From the NCBI GenBank assembly GCA_023231475.1, contig JALJEE010001112.1, positions 1-64,000 on the forward strand: 64,000 nt of DNA. The letters run 5' to 3'. Positions 17,470 through 30,089 of the stretch are shown here, one piece after another. The stretch is from Seison nebaliae. Lineage: Eukaryota. Position 1 is the stretch's first letter; every line of letters starts with the position of its first letter. The translations under genes were made by a program, and so were the position numbers. Under the pieces are notes generated by a model that was given only the letters and a program-made list of their open reading frames with translations, was not told the origin of the DNA and made no database searches.

Positions 17470-19366
17470 ATGAAGAAACTTATAATTTTCCTATTTCTCT
17501 CCTTCACTTTCTCCTCAATTTATTCTACCGAAATAATTTGTGACGCTGTTGTTATTATTGATGGATATACGGTGGGGAAGTTGGGAGATGAGATTTGGCA
17601 CGATGAAAATTCAACGAAAGTTTTCTCTTTCATTAAAGGCGTTCTCAAAACTTCACTCGAATTAGCTAATAAAGAATTGATTGATTTGAAGTATAAGAAT
17701 GATAATAAAAATTATCGATTTAAAGCAGCTTTACGTGAAGTTCATTATCTTCATCAATCATCTACTTTATGTAAAGAAGGTGGTGATTGGATGTTACCGT
17801 TATGTGATTCAAGTATTTTATTAAAATCCAATGATGCTAGTCGATTATACAAGAAAGTTTATGAAAGATTTTTTCTAGCCAAGAATGATATGCCATGTGT
17901 CTTCACCGGTTTCACATATACGACTGAAGGATTTGAAATGCAAACGAATTTACTCGACGGATTATCAGTTTGTTCTCCTGGTTATATGAATTCAAAATTG
18001 ACGAAACCAATTCGATTATTTCCATTACCTTATCGTTTCGGTTCCAACACATTCACTCAAGCACAAGTCGTTTCTGGATTTATTACTCAGAAAATGATTC
18101 AAATTTATTTCCAATCATTAGGAGTATTAGTAACTGATGATAAAATTCATTATAATCATAACAATGTTATAATTAATAAGGAACATAAAAATTTCTTAAA
18201 AGAATTAAGTGATTATGCGAATAATCAAGATGGAGACAAATGTTTCTCCAATCGAGGTATGACTTATTATGCCGTTTCCGATGTGAGATATCCCATCAGT
18301 TATTATGAGAAACGAATTAAGACAATGTATCGAGCATCGGAATGTTCGAAGAAACAAGTGAAATTCTTATTAGAACATCTTGTCAATTCAGTTATACGTC
18401 TCTCAAATACCGTTCGAAATATTCTTATTTTTAAATTCATCATTTCTTTTTTAGTATTGTTTGAAAACGATCGAAACGTTTCCCATTTGTGGGGATGGAG
18501 TACAATCGGGAGATGAGGAATGTGATTGTGGTTTGGAATGTTTCCATGATTGTTGTAATCAAGAAACGTGTAAATTGAGAGGTAGTTGTGATCCATCTAC
18601 TAATATTTGTTGTGATTTGAATACGTGTAAAATCAATGGTGATTATACTTGTTTTCCAATGTCTTTATGTCACGATGAGGTTCATATGATGATTTTAAAT
18701 TAAATTAAATTATTTTTCAATTTTAATAATATATTTTCAAATTAGATCAAATGTTCTCAAAATAACGATTGTTATATGTTCTTCAATGAGACAAGTGAAA
18801 TATCAGAAATTCAACAATATAACGGAAAAGAATGTCTAATAAATCACATATGTCATAATGGTGATTGTATGAAACAGATTTGTCGAAATGTCGAAGATTC
18901 GTGTATCGTCGGCGAATATATTGATGATGCGGTTGGAGAATTAACTCGAGACGATCGAATTAAATTATGTACGAAAGGATGTCTAATAAATAACATCTGT
19001 CAACCGACAAAACCACGCCAATATTTACCAACGAATCATGTTTGTGGAAATAGTCGAGAAGGAATTTGTGACATTAACAACATCTGTCGATTAAGGAATA
19101 CACTCACACCATCATCATCATCATCATCATCATCATCGAATATTAATCGATATACGACAAATATTAGATCGACACCACTCGATCGAATGAGAGGCGAATG
19201 GCCGAAATTGGCGTTGGCGACATTCCTTTACATTCTGGTCATTTCTCTCTGTTACATGTTCCATTTGTATGTACCGACAGATAATCAGGATTTCGATTTA
19301 CAACCTCGACGGATTTGTACGTTGAGATTCTTAAAAATTATTCCTTATAAAAATCCATATTATTAA
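17470..19366 (+). CDS. ADAM10/17-like disintegrin membrane protein lacking the HExxH zinc motif, 3 exons
   Basis: Signal peptide, degenerate metalloprotease-like region, CGDGVQSGDEECDCG disintegrin start, Cys-rich region, TM helix, then HLYVPTDN similar to the ADAM10 juxtamembrane tail. Confidence 0.75.
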
Positions 19367-19460
19367 TTAATGAATGAAAATATAAGAAAATGAAAATTTG
19401 TAATAAAATTATGTTATAATAAAGATATGATGGAATTTGAATAAAACTTGTCATTTATTA

Positions 19461-20424
19461 TTACATGTCTTCTACACTCCATTTATAATATTCATCTTTC
19501 TTAGCTTTCTGTAATTGAAGACTCTGGAAATATTTCTGTTCGAAACCGTTGGAACGATCTACTCCATCCCATTCGTTTCCAGGAAGAATATCGTATCGAT
19601 TTGGAATCGGTTCAGATCGTCCTTCATAAACTGTTTTTTTCTTCTTTTTCTTCTTTTCTGATTTGTCTTCATTATCCTTCTCCAAAAACATCAACATCGG
19701 ATCTTCTGCTCTCAAAACATTCTTCAATTCTTTATCACGTTCTTCATCGTCGACGAAACGAGCAAACGGTTTTTCTATTTCTTTCAAATTTGCTTGAAAT
19801 TCTGTTTCTTCATTTTCGATTTGTTTCAGTCTAAAAAATATTTTGAAAATCTTTTAAAAAAATAGATTGAACCCTCGATTCCATTTCTCATATTTCGCTT
19901 TAATCTTCTCCTCCTCTAATTCTTTCTTCTTCTTTTCTTCTTCATTCATCTCATAATCTTTTAAAGAATTTTATTAAAATTTTCAAAAAATATTACAAAT
20001 CTTTTTAACTTTTCCTTTTTCTCACTTTAACTGATGTGACATCATTTCTTTCGACAGAAACATCGGAATCTTCGTCAGTTTCATCTTTCAATTTTTTCGA
20101 TTTTTTCCTTTTTTTTATTTTCTTCTTTTCTTTCTTCTCTCCATAATTCTCGTCATTCATCCCACCGAATGATTTCCATTTCTTCTCATCGGCATGTTTC
20201 ATCTCTTCCTTTAATTCACCATCATCGTCTGGGAGAAATTATTGATGAATTCCTTAAAAATTTAACAAACAACAATTGGATCCTCTTCCTCTGGTTGGTC
20301 CAATCGATCAAGTGATAAATCCTCATCAACTATCAACGGTTTGTGACTTCTGTCCAATATTTATCAACATTAATTTGTTAAAGTTACTGATCAAATGAAA
20401 CTTTATCTTTCTCTTATGCTTCAT
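19461..20424 (-). CDS. BUD13: BUD13 (RES complex), short form, 5 exons
   Basis: KWNRGLKQ, KPFARFVDD, NRYDILPGNEWDGVDRSNGFE, terminal YKWSVEDM. Confidence 0.9.
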
Positions 20425-21912
20425 TCCACCAAAATAGAAAACTAATAAATTCGATGGGAATTCTCAATATCAATTTGTCTTCACGCTGAGCTTAAATGTT
20501 AATAAACTTCTATTGGTTTAGCTTACTATCCAACAATTTTATTACTCCTCAATAAGCCAGTATAAGTTAGCACTTTAGATAAAATTAAATGAAACTATTT
20601 GATTCCATATAACCCGATAAATGGACACATTTAAATCGCGATTTAAAACAGATTGATTACAGATTTTCTACCTTTTTTTACACTTTTCTAAGTTCGAGTA
20701 AATATGAGAATCCGATAATCGTGTTAACACTGTTTGAAGTATGTCTCTTCAATTCAAATCATAATTTCACTGAAAGTTCCCAAGCAATTTACTTCATTAA
20801 ACAATATAAATTCTAATCAAACAAGATCTAATTATTAATATAATTAATTAAATTTACCATTCACAAAATTATTAGTTAAAATTTTAATTCATCGAAATGT
20901 ATTTAGGATATGTTTTGATTTATTTTATGTTAATATTAGATTCTGTTTGTTTCCAGTTGAAGGTAATGAGAGAAAACATTCAAAATTTAACTAATTTACT
21001 TCATTTATACCAAGGACATAATTTTAATTGATCCAAATCTTTTATCATCCAAGTAACGAAACAATTATCTGGATGTAATGGTTATGAAAAATATATACTA
21101 AATTTCTACTAATTTCCGTTTGCTTTACAAGTTTTTCGTTAGATGATTTTAGATCGGGTTCGAAACGATCATTAGTTGTTATTTTATGAAGAAATTATGA
21201 AGATGCAAGGAAATTATAGCTAAAAAGTAATAATGATTTTCATTCAAATGTTCTATAGTTAGTTCGTTCAATGGTGGCCGGACAGTTCTAAGATTTTCAT
21301 TCGGCAGTTCTACTCGTTTTTGAAGAGGTACGGAAACTTCTACTCCCTTTTTCTGTAATATAAGACTATGCCTTTTTTACAATTTAGGACGGTCCTTCTT
21401 TGAGTAAGATGTTTTTATTAATCCGCATTTTTAGGTATATAATATATAGTATATAAAAATAAAAATAATTATTATTCAAAAATTTCATTTATCTTATGGA
21501 AAAATAGTCTCAATTGAATTTTATCATAACCTGTTAACGCTGTTATTGGTAATTCATCTTTTTTAATTTCTAGTTTTTTTCATCCTTTAACAATAGATTA
21601 TATCGCAGTTTTTCATAATCGAAACATTTGATAAGAGCATTTTCAAAAATTGTCACCGAAGGTCTATATAACAGAATTATTTACTTTAGACCGTTATTTT
21701 TTCCCTCGACAAAGTTGTTGGTTCGAGGAAAATTGTTCACTGTTCTATTACAATTGTTCCACAACTTCGGTAGAAATTTTGAAATATCATGCATATAATT
21801 CTCTTCAAAATATACGTAAACCATTTTGGTTCTTTTGATACGTATTTATTTGAAATAATCTATATATATAACCAATCTATATTTGATATAATATCTATAT
21901 AAGGTCTTTTCA

Positions 21913-22497
21913 TCACCCTATATAAAATTTGCAGTGAATAATGACATTTCCACCGAATGGCACTTCCCTGTGTAATCGTGATAAATCGTATTCGATCGAT
22001 GAGGCTTCGAGTAATTTCGAATCGGAAATAATTTTGAAGTTTTTGAATATTATGTTTTTCATAATTAAGTGAGATTTAATTTCCTGAACATCCACCTGAT
22101 TCATACAAATTAGGATCAAATCCTTTTTAGGAATATGACAACAATTATGTTTCGATTCTCGATTTTGAGGATACTGACGATCTTCCAATTCACATTGTAC
22201 CGCAATTGCTTCAGCTTCGATTATTCTCGAAAGAATCTTGAGGTTTGAGTTGTCATTAAACGATTTTTATCGTTTTATTTCAGAAGTTGTTTTCAACTCC
22301 TGCAGTTCCTTTGAAACTTTTTCGAATTTTTTGTTAGTTGCGTTGATAAAAAAACTTATTTCTTACTGAATCATAGATTGAAACTCCATCATCAATGACT
22401 GTATTTCATCAAATGGAAGTATCACTTGATTGCCTGCGTGGTCGCTATGTTGTGGCTCTTGTTCATCACCGAAGAAAGTTTCGCTGAAATTGACCAT
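21913..22497 (-). pseudogene. Decayed ORF of unknown origin with two in-frame stops, possibly transposon-derived
   Basis: MVNFSETFF..QSMIQ*EISFF..EIKR*KSFND.. continues in the same frame into the 91-aa ORF 21913-22188. Confidence 0.3.
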
Positions 22498-23051
22498 TAA
22501 TCATTGAAAAAGGTTCAGAATTAAGATACGAAGAAAGAAAGAATAAGATTTTATTTTATTTCAATTTATTGTTTTTTTTTTTCACCAGGTCCTAGCCTCT
22601 TTTTCTAATGCTCTTTCATCCTACGAACGCCACGACATTGTTTTCATTACGTTTAAACAAAATGAATTTCTTTCATCCGGTTAATGAAAGAATTATTCGA
22701 AATTATGAACTTAGGGCTTTAAATTCCAGGAATGCGATTAGATCTGTCTAAAAAATCTCTTGAGAGAAAGATGTAGAACTATCCATAAAATTTTCAAATT
22801 CAGTGTTGAACTGTCCGTAATTTCTTAAAAAGGAGTAGAAGTGAAAAAAGAAAGTAAAACTGTCCGGTTACCGTCTTATTTTCCGACTGAATTATTATTG
22901 CTCATATTGAATCCCCTTCGGAGTAAATTATATGAATATGTAAATATTTTTTCATATGAATATCATATGATTCTTCTTCGTTCAGTTGATGAATCACTTC
23001 ATCTTAACATACATTCTTTATTGTCCCTATATTTTCTAATATCCTTAAAAA

Positions 23052-24572
23052 ATGAATAGAAAAGATTGTAATAAAATTATTCTCAAATTCAAAATGCGAA
23101 GTATCGGAAAATATAAAGTACTGTTCATCATCCAAATGGGTATTTTTATGATATTCTTCTTATTGACGAGATATTTTTGGCTTGTTCCCACAATTAACAA
23201 GCTAGCTAACATAGTTAACAATAAGTCTAATATTAAAGAAAAGACTCTTAACAAACCAATAATCTTTTCAAATAGTTACAATCATTTTGTGCCATTCAAT
23301 GATTTCGTGGGACATACGATAGCTCGCATATATGGCGAACTAGGATTCTCGGCTTTAAATAAAGATTATCGGTTAAATAAAAAAATTTATGAACAATCGT
23401 TGAAGAAGACAAAATTAAATAGAGATCGTCTCAAACTATTCGAAGAATATTGGAAAGATTATTATGAATTAAGTTTATATGAAGAAAATGTATTAAAACC
23501 GACTAATTTAATCAATTGGAATGATCTTTTCTTCCAATTATGGAATAAACTAAATATATTACGGAACGATGGTGTTTACGATTTCCAAAAGAAGACTAAA
23601 AACAAAACTATCTTGTTATATTCAACAATATTCAACGAAGTACCAAGTTACTGTGAAAATTGGAAAAATACTGAGAATTGTCTTTTCAACAATTGTCCCA
23701 TAACTTGTGACAAAAATAATACCAATGACGCCGCAGCAATAATTCTACATGACTTAGTTGACAAAAAAAATCATCAAATTATGCATACCGAATTAGCCGA
23801 TAAAATAAGAGAAGATCAACGTTTAATATTTTGGTCGGATGAAACGTCGTTAGCTGGAACTGATGTTTATAAAATGGCCACGAAATTTGGAAAGGAAGTT
23901 AGACCGTTCAATTGGTCGATGGGCTTCTCCAGATATTCCGAAATAACATTATCATATGGATTGTATAATTTGAGAAAGAGTGAAGTTCCTTCGAATGAAT
24001 ATATGTCAAAAATAGAAACTGAATTCTTCACGAGAAAAAATGGAGCTCTCTGGTTTGTGAGTAATTGTAATTCGAAAAAAAGATGGGACTTTGCGAAGAA
24101 ATTACAGGAATTTTTCCCAGTCGAAATATTCGGGAAATGCGTTGAAAAATCCTGTGATGACAATTGCCGCATTAAATTGAGTAAAAATTACAAATTTTAT
24201 TTATCTCTAGAAAATTCGGATTGCGCAGATTATATTACAGAAAAGTTCTACAGAAATGCTTTGTCTGTTGGACTTATTCCAATCGTTCTACAACCTAATC
24301 TCGAATCATATGAACAAATAGCTCCGAAAGATTCGTTTATACATTTTTCTCACCTTAACGGGAATGTTGAAGCTTTGGGAAAATATCTTCGGAAGATTTC
24401 CCAATCATTCCAACTTTACTATGAGTACCGGAAATGGGAGAAAACTTACGAAGTTATATATCCTCCCATGCCTCACCGTTTGTGCCAATTATGTACCAGA
24501 CTGAATATTGATAATACTTATCGTTATTATAATGATCATGAAATTTTTCATGATCAAATGTGTTCGTTGTAG
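23052..24572 (+). CDS. Alpha-1,3-fucosyltransferase (GT10), type II membrane protein, intronless
   Basis: N-terminal TM; FNWSMGF, WFVSNC, YKFYLSLENSDCADYITEKFYRNAL motifs. Confidence 0.92.
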   Translation: MNRKDCNKIILKFKMRSIGKYKVLFIIQMGIFMIFFLLTRYFWLVPTINKLANIVNNKSNIKEKTLNKPIIFSNSYNHFVPFNDFVGHTIARIYGELGFSALNKDYRLNKKIYEQSLKKTKLNRDRLKLFEEYWKDYYELSLYEENVLKPTNLINWNDLFFQLWNKLNILRNDGVYDFQKKTKNKTILLYSTIFNEVPSYCENWKNTENCLFNNCPITCDKNNTNDAAAIILHDLVDKKNHQIMHTELADKIREDQRLIFWSDETSLAGTDVYKMATKFGKEVRPFNWSMGFSRYSEITLSYGLYNLRKSEVPSNEYMSKIETEFFTRKNGALWFVSNCNSKKRWDFAKKLQEFFPVEIFGKCVEKSCDDNCRIKLSKNYKFYLSLENSDCADYITEKFYRNALSVGLIPIVLQPNLESYEQIAPKDSFIHFSHLNGNVEALGKYLRKISQSFQLYYEYRKWEKTYEVIYPPMPHRLCQLCTRLNIDNTYRYYNDHEIFHDQMCSL

Positions 24573-24809
24573 ACATTATTCATTATCAACAAATAATCTC
24601 ACGATAGATTCGAACGATTAATTTAAATAATATGAAAAAATTTCAATACCATATTGACAGTGATACATTTATTGTTATTACGTAAAATTATTTGTAAATA
24701 AATTTTTATTAATTTAAATTCAGAAAAAATCATTTAGTTTTTGTGATTTTTGTTAATCACATTACTTTTTTTTAATAATTTTCATTCAATTATAATTTAG
24801 CAAGATATT

Positions 24810-25840
24810 TATTATTATTATTTATTATCAAAATTCCCGTTGGGATAAATTAGAAAAAATATTTAAAAAAATTCCAGTCTTCACCAATGTTGATCAAGTG
24901 GTATAAGTCGATAAGAGTTTCTTGATTAATTGGAGAACACGTGATCGGATCGTAAGAAAAAATGATGTCCTTAAAATCGGGAATTATAATATCTCGTAGT
25001 AAATCGTAGTATCGAATAGTATGAGAAAAGATTGAGTGAACGTGGAAAGCATTAGTATAAGTAGTAAAAGAAGTGAGAGGATTAGTCAATTGCGCATACA
25101 TAAGTCAATTGATACATACATTCTGTCAATTGACAGAAATGAACGTTGGGTACATAAGGAAATAGTTTCCAAAGAATATAGTGGAAGAACTAAACTCTTA
25201 AAAGTTGTAGACGTAATTGTAAAGGAACGAATTTCGCCTTGGGAGAGAAAGAGAAAAATGATCTACATAATTTGTTTCGAATCTGATCCAAGGCGAAAGA
25301 GGAGAGACAATGGAGATCGATGGTAGAATCAAGAAAGATAGTTGAGGATTTAAATGGAATTGAGGAGAAACAACGCTTGTCTGTTGATAATAGGTAACAT
25401 TTGGAGGGATTTATGAATACCCCCCTATGGGAGAGAAAAGATAATTGTCAATATGATCATTTCAGATGACGGAGAGAAGGGTTTACGATCACGATGTCAT
25501 TTGCATGGGCCATGACATGGGGAAAACGGTTGTTTACTATATAAATGTCGCCTGATTCATTTAGATTGTTGAGAACACCGTCAATGACTAACCCGAAGAA
25601 CTAAGGACCTAGAATGGTACCTTGACGAACACCGGAGTTGTTGGAAAAAAGATCAATGTTCTCGTTTCCTATAAGGATGCTCCCCAAAGATTCGTAACAA
25701 AGATGGTAAAGAAATCTGAGAAAAGGGGCTTTCACCCCATAACGATTCAAATAATTGAAGGCGAAAGATACATCTACCGAATCAAATGCTTTAGAAGCGT
25801 CTAGAAAAAGAAGATTTAGCGAGACATTTTGCTCCTTTGC
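24810..25840 (-). mobile_element. Degenerate non-LTR retrotransposon reverse transcriptase fragment
   Basis: Minus strand reads LFLDASKAFDSVD, SGVRQGTILGP*FF, AHANDIVI (decayed YADD), GVFINPSKC; in-frame stops; (TAA)n-like tail near 24810. Confidence 0.85.
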
Positions 25841-26016
25841 ATTTATATTCTATTTTATCTGTGGTAACTGATTTTATATTACTAAATTTAAATTAAAATA
25901 AAATTATGTTTCCTTTTATATATACAATATATTATTTATAACATTATCAAAAATTATTGAGAAAATCATAATAGTAGTCGAATGATGGTGGAGAACAATA
26001 AGAGAAGTAATAGAAT

Positions 26017-27640
26017 TCATTCAACACCAAATCCAGGATTAAGAAACAAAGGTTTAGTAAGATGATTTGACGTATCATTGATTTGATTCTTACCAGTTTC
26101 ATGTGATATGATTATCATTTTTTGCTTTACCTTCAATGAACGAATAAGAGATGTGCGGAGATTAAGGAACAAATGAGAACTAACAATTTCCAATATGGAA
26201 GCAACATCTTGACAGCATCCATATTCTGCTAATGTTTCATGAAGTACAGTGAAAAAATAAGAACCAGTATCACTCGCCAACGACTCTTCTCCTATTTCAT
26301 TTATCAATATCATTAAAAGAAAGGAGAAAAAGACAACCTGGAGGAGAAGAATATCCAACAATTACGTCGTTCAAATTGAAAGGAATATCTGTATTGATGG
26401 AAAATAATCCGAGTGGACCACCACCAGATCTACATGCATCGATAAATACCATTTTTGGTCTATTGGTTATAGTATTGTTAACTGCATCTAACAGTTGGAA
26501 CACCTAAAATTATGAGAAGTCCGATTTTGATCATAAATTGATAAAAACCGAAATAGCTTCATCGTCATTCCCGAAAATCTTTCCACCACGACCATGTGAT
26601 GAGATGCCGATTACCAAAGCTTGCCATGGATTCAATTGATCAGCCGTTTGACATTCTTCCAAAAACATTCTCACTGACTGTTTCATTTCCTGCACAAAAT
26701 CAATTATTATCATAATCTTTAGAAAAATATCATGAACCTCAGCACCGACGTCGAATAAAGAATAAACAACGAATCCTAATTGACCGAAAGTTCTGTGGAA
26801 ATTTTTCAAATCAACATCAATTCCATTCAAGTCATTATTTTGATTGAATGTTGAGTTTCCGATAAATAAGGCGCCACCTCGAACCACTTTTGTCAAACGA
26901 TATTTCTAATTTATAAATTTTCTAATTAAATTTTGTGGAAATTGAAGAATAACTGTGGGAAGTAATGGGTCCAATGCTGCATTCATTGCTATATGTTGCT
27001 GTGTCAATGGAGTGACTTGTTTACGAACAAGACACATATCGGAACCAGGAGCACAAGAGCCAAAAGCGTTCGAATCTACTCCGATATATTTCGATAAACT
27101 ATTTTCAATTTCCTTCCGTTTATTTAATGATATTGAAGGGAACGACATGAAACTTGGAATTCTTTTCGCTGAATTATATTGCACTGTAATCTGTCGATCG
27201 ATGTCCCTCAACGACAGATTGGGTAAAGTGGTAATCATTCTTTCTTTAACACGATTCAGAGCTGAAACCGGATCAAGTGATTGTGATCGCTTCAAATATC
27301 TCGGTCCACTTTGTAAGGTGGGCAACAAATTGTTCAGTACAAATAATTGAGCTAGATTTGATGAGTAAGTTCTAGATAAATTCTTCGCTCGATGACGAAT
27401 ACTATCAGCTACCGGATTCTGAAAAAGAGTGTCGATTGGTCGTGTCATTAGTGGAGTGGATTGCATCGGCACATAAGATTGTCCATATTGTTGCAAGGAG
27501 ATTGGACTGGGCATTGGACTGGGCATTGGCATGGGCTCATTGTAATAGCGAGCGGGCGATTGTGGGATGGATTGTGGTGCGACATAAGTGGATTGATAAG
27601 CGTTTGGAGCTGGAGGCAAATTCTTCCAATAATTATACAT
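26017..27640 (-). CDS. Caspase-fold (C14) protease with atypical active site, 5 exons
   Basis: YRLTKVVRGGALFIGN, ISSHG (His), PKMVFIDACRSG (Cys), DVIVGYSSPPG..GSYFF; Pro/Gln-rich N-terminal prodomain. Confidence 0.85.
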
Positions 27641-27686
27641 TATTACTCGAAATTTATTAAAACGAACAAGAAAATAATTTGTGAAA

Positions 27687-30089
27687 TTAGAGAAGAAGAA
27701 GAATGAATGAAATGGAAAGAATTAATAAATAATAAAAATAAAATTTCCACGAAATTAATGAAATGAGATGGAGAATCAAATGAGGAATTATTTCAATCAA
27801 CGTGTGAGGAGATAAACGACATCCGTTGTTCTTTTGGTGTAGTAAATGACGTTTGAAAATTAATTGTTGTTCAAATATCGATTGAGTAGGTTGCTGTGAA
27901 GATGTTAAGATACTCAATGCGTCCGGATGTATCATTAACAAATGATTTATTACATCATCAATATATGAAGAAGTTGATTGTTTTTTTGTTGATGACGATA
28001 ATGATGATAATGGTTGAGAAGAGGATATTATATCATTTTTTTGTTCAATCAAAATTTTATTGAATATCTCCGATATTTCTGGTGACATGATGATATAAGA
28101 CGCCAATAAAGATATCGTATAATCCTCCAAATTCATCGTATGTTCTCTAGGTAATTTGAAATCTACATCCATTTCTTTGTTCAATGCAAAATTAATTAAT
28201 CGGTAAATTAATTTCAATTCCGTTTTCTCCAAATTTTTCAGTAAAGTACTGGCGAATGTAACCGCATCATTTGTCGAGATTTTATCAACACGTGTTTGAA
28301 TTGTAGATGTTATTGGGAAATGAATGCTTGACACTCCACTACTCACACCTTCAATTCGATAATTAAGACCACAAATAAGAATAAGAAATATTTAACTTTC
28401 AATTTCATGAACGACAGTTGTTACTTTTAATAATTTTTTAATTTCTTTAATTTTCTTATTAATCAATTCGATTTGATCCAACATTGGTCGTTTTCTTTTA
28501 TTCAAATCTTCATTTATCAAAACATCCATCATTGTTCGTGTTAATGGAAATGTGGTATTCGATTTTTTTGACGATTCACATTTCTTATCAAAATCATCCA
28601 TATCCAATGTCCAGATAAATGCTCCGGCTAATCGGTTTTCTTGAACATATCGACATTTGATCGATACACTTTTCGAATCGTCATATCCAATCAATAATTG
28701 ATTTTTCGAATCGAAAGCAATCGGAACTCGATGTCGATCATGCCAATATCGTTTGAAATTATAATGAGAACCAGATGTCGAACTGACTTGTTGAGATTGA
28801 GAATTGTCTTCTGGTGACCACCAAATATTCGGTGTATATTTCGATTTCTTCAATTTATTTCCTTTTTTCTTCCGATATTTCCTTCGACGATAATCTTTAC
28901 TTTTCTTCTTTTCTCCTTTACTTTCTTGTTCCAATCGTTCCTCTTTCAATTTCTTTTCATCCTCCAACATCTCACACATTTCATAATATGTCACTACTCC
29001 ACTTTCTCCCAAATATTTCGATGTCATTCCTCCATTATTACCATTCTTTCCCAAGGAACGGAAAGCAGCTTGTTTATTATCTCCTCGAGAATCAGCTCGA
29101 TATGTTCGTCCATAAGATGCGATACCAATCATAATCTTTCTGGACGGACATCCTCGATCTAACCAATTCTTAACTGCTGAATTAGTGTTCAATTCTTCAC
29201 TAATTCCTGTTTCATCAGGTCGTCCATATAAAGTGGAATGATGTCCAATTTTATTATGCCATTGACCATATAAATCATATGTCATTATATTCACGAAATC
29301 GACATATTCACATAATACAGGTATATCATATCCTTGATCCAACAAATATTTACCTGCCGCTGTTGCAATACTTAATTCGTAACGTTCGTTTCCTGATGAT
29401 TGAGATTCCTCTTCAAAAGCTGAACGAATTGTCTACGAAATGATAATAAGAATTAAATATTTAAAATGGTAAAAGGAAAATAAAATAAAAAAACTTTAAT
29501 CAAATTTCCAAAATTTTGTTTATGTTGAGCGTTGGGAAACTCCCAATCGATATCTAAACCATCAAATCCATGTTTCTTACAAAATGCGATGGCACTTTGA
29601 GCCATCGCTTCACGACGACTTTGAGATATAACGGCACCGTCGAATGATCCTCGAGCATGCCATCCACCGACGGAAATTAAAATTTTCAATTTCGGATTCT
29701 TCTTCTTTAACTTCATTATTCGAGGATATAATGGTTTCTCACCTTTATATGTTCGAATATCATTCGGAATACCATGAGTGATCGTCGCTCCATTTAAATT
29801 GGCGAACGCATAAATGATATGAGTACAAATAAACGGATCAATATTTTCCGGTTTTAGTTGCGACGATTTTTTCGCCCGATGTACACCCCAATTAGTGAAG
29901 TAACAGGCAACGATATATCTCGATTTAATTTGTTTCATTTCATTCCTTTCAATAATTTAATTATATTATTTAAATTTCTTATTATAACTTTAATTCATTC
30001 TCCCGATAATGTAATGACGCGATCTCGTTGAATTCGACAATTATGAAATGATTCAAAAGAAACAATAATAAACATAACATCGGAAACAT
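27687..30089 (-). CDS. GH18 chitinase with signal peptide, long C-terminal extension and hydrophobic tail, 4 exons
   Basis: CYFTNW, CTHIIYAFA, SVGGW, FDGLDIDWEFP, MTYDLYG, WTLDMDDF; a phase-1 intron near 28349-28394 joins the 219-aa ORF. Confidence 0.9.
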
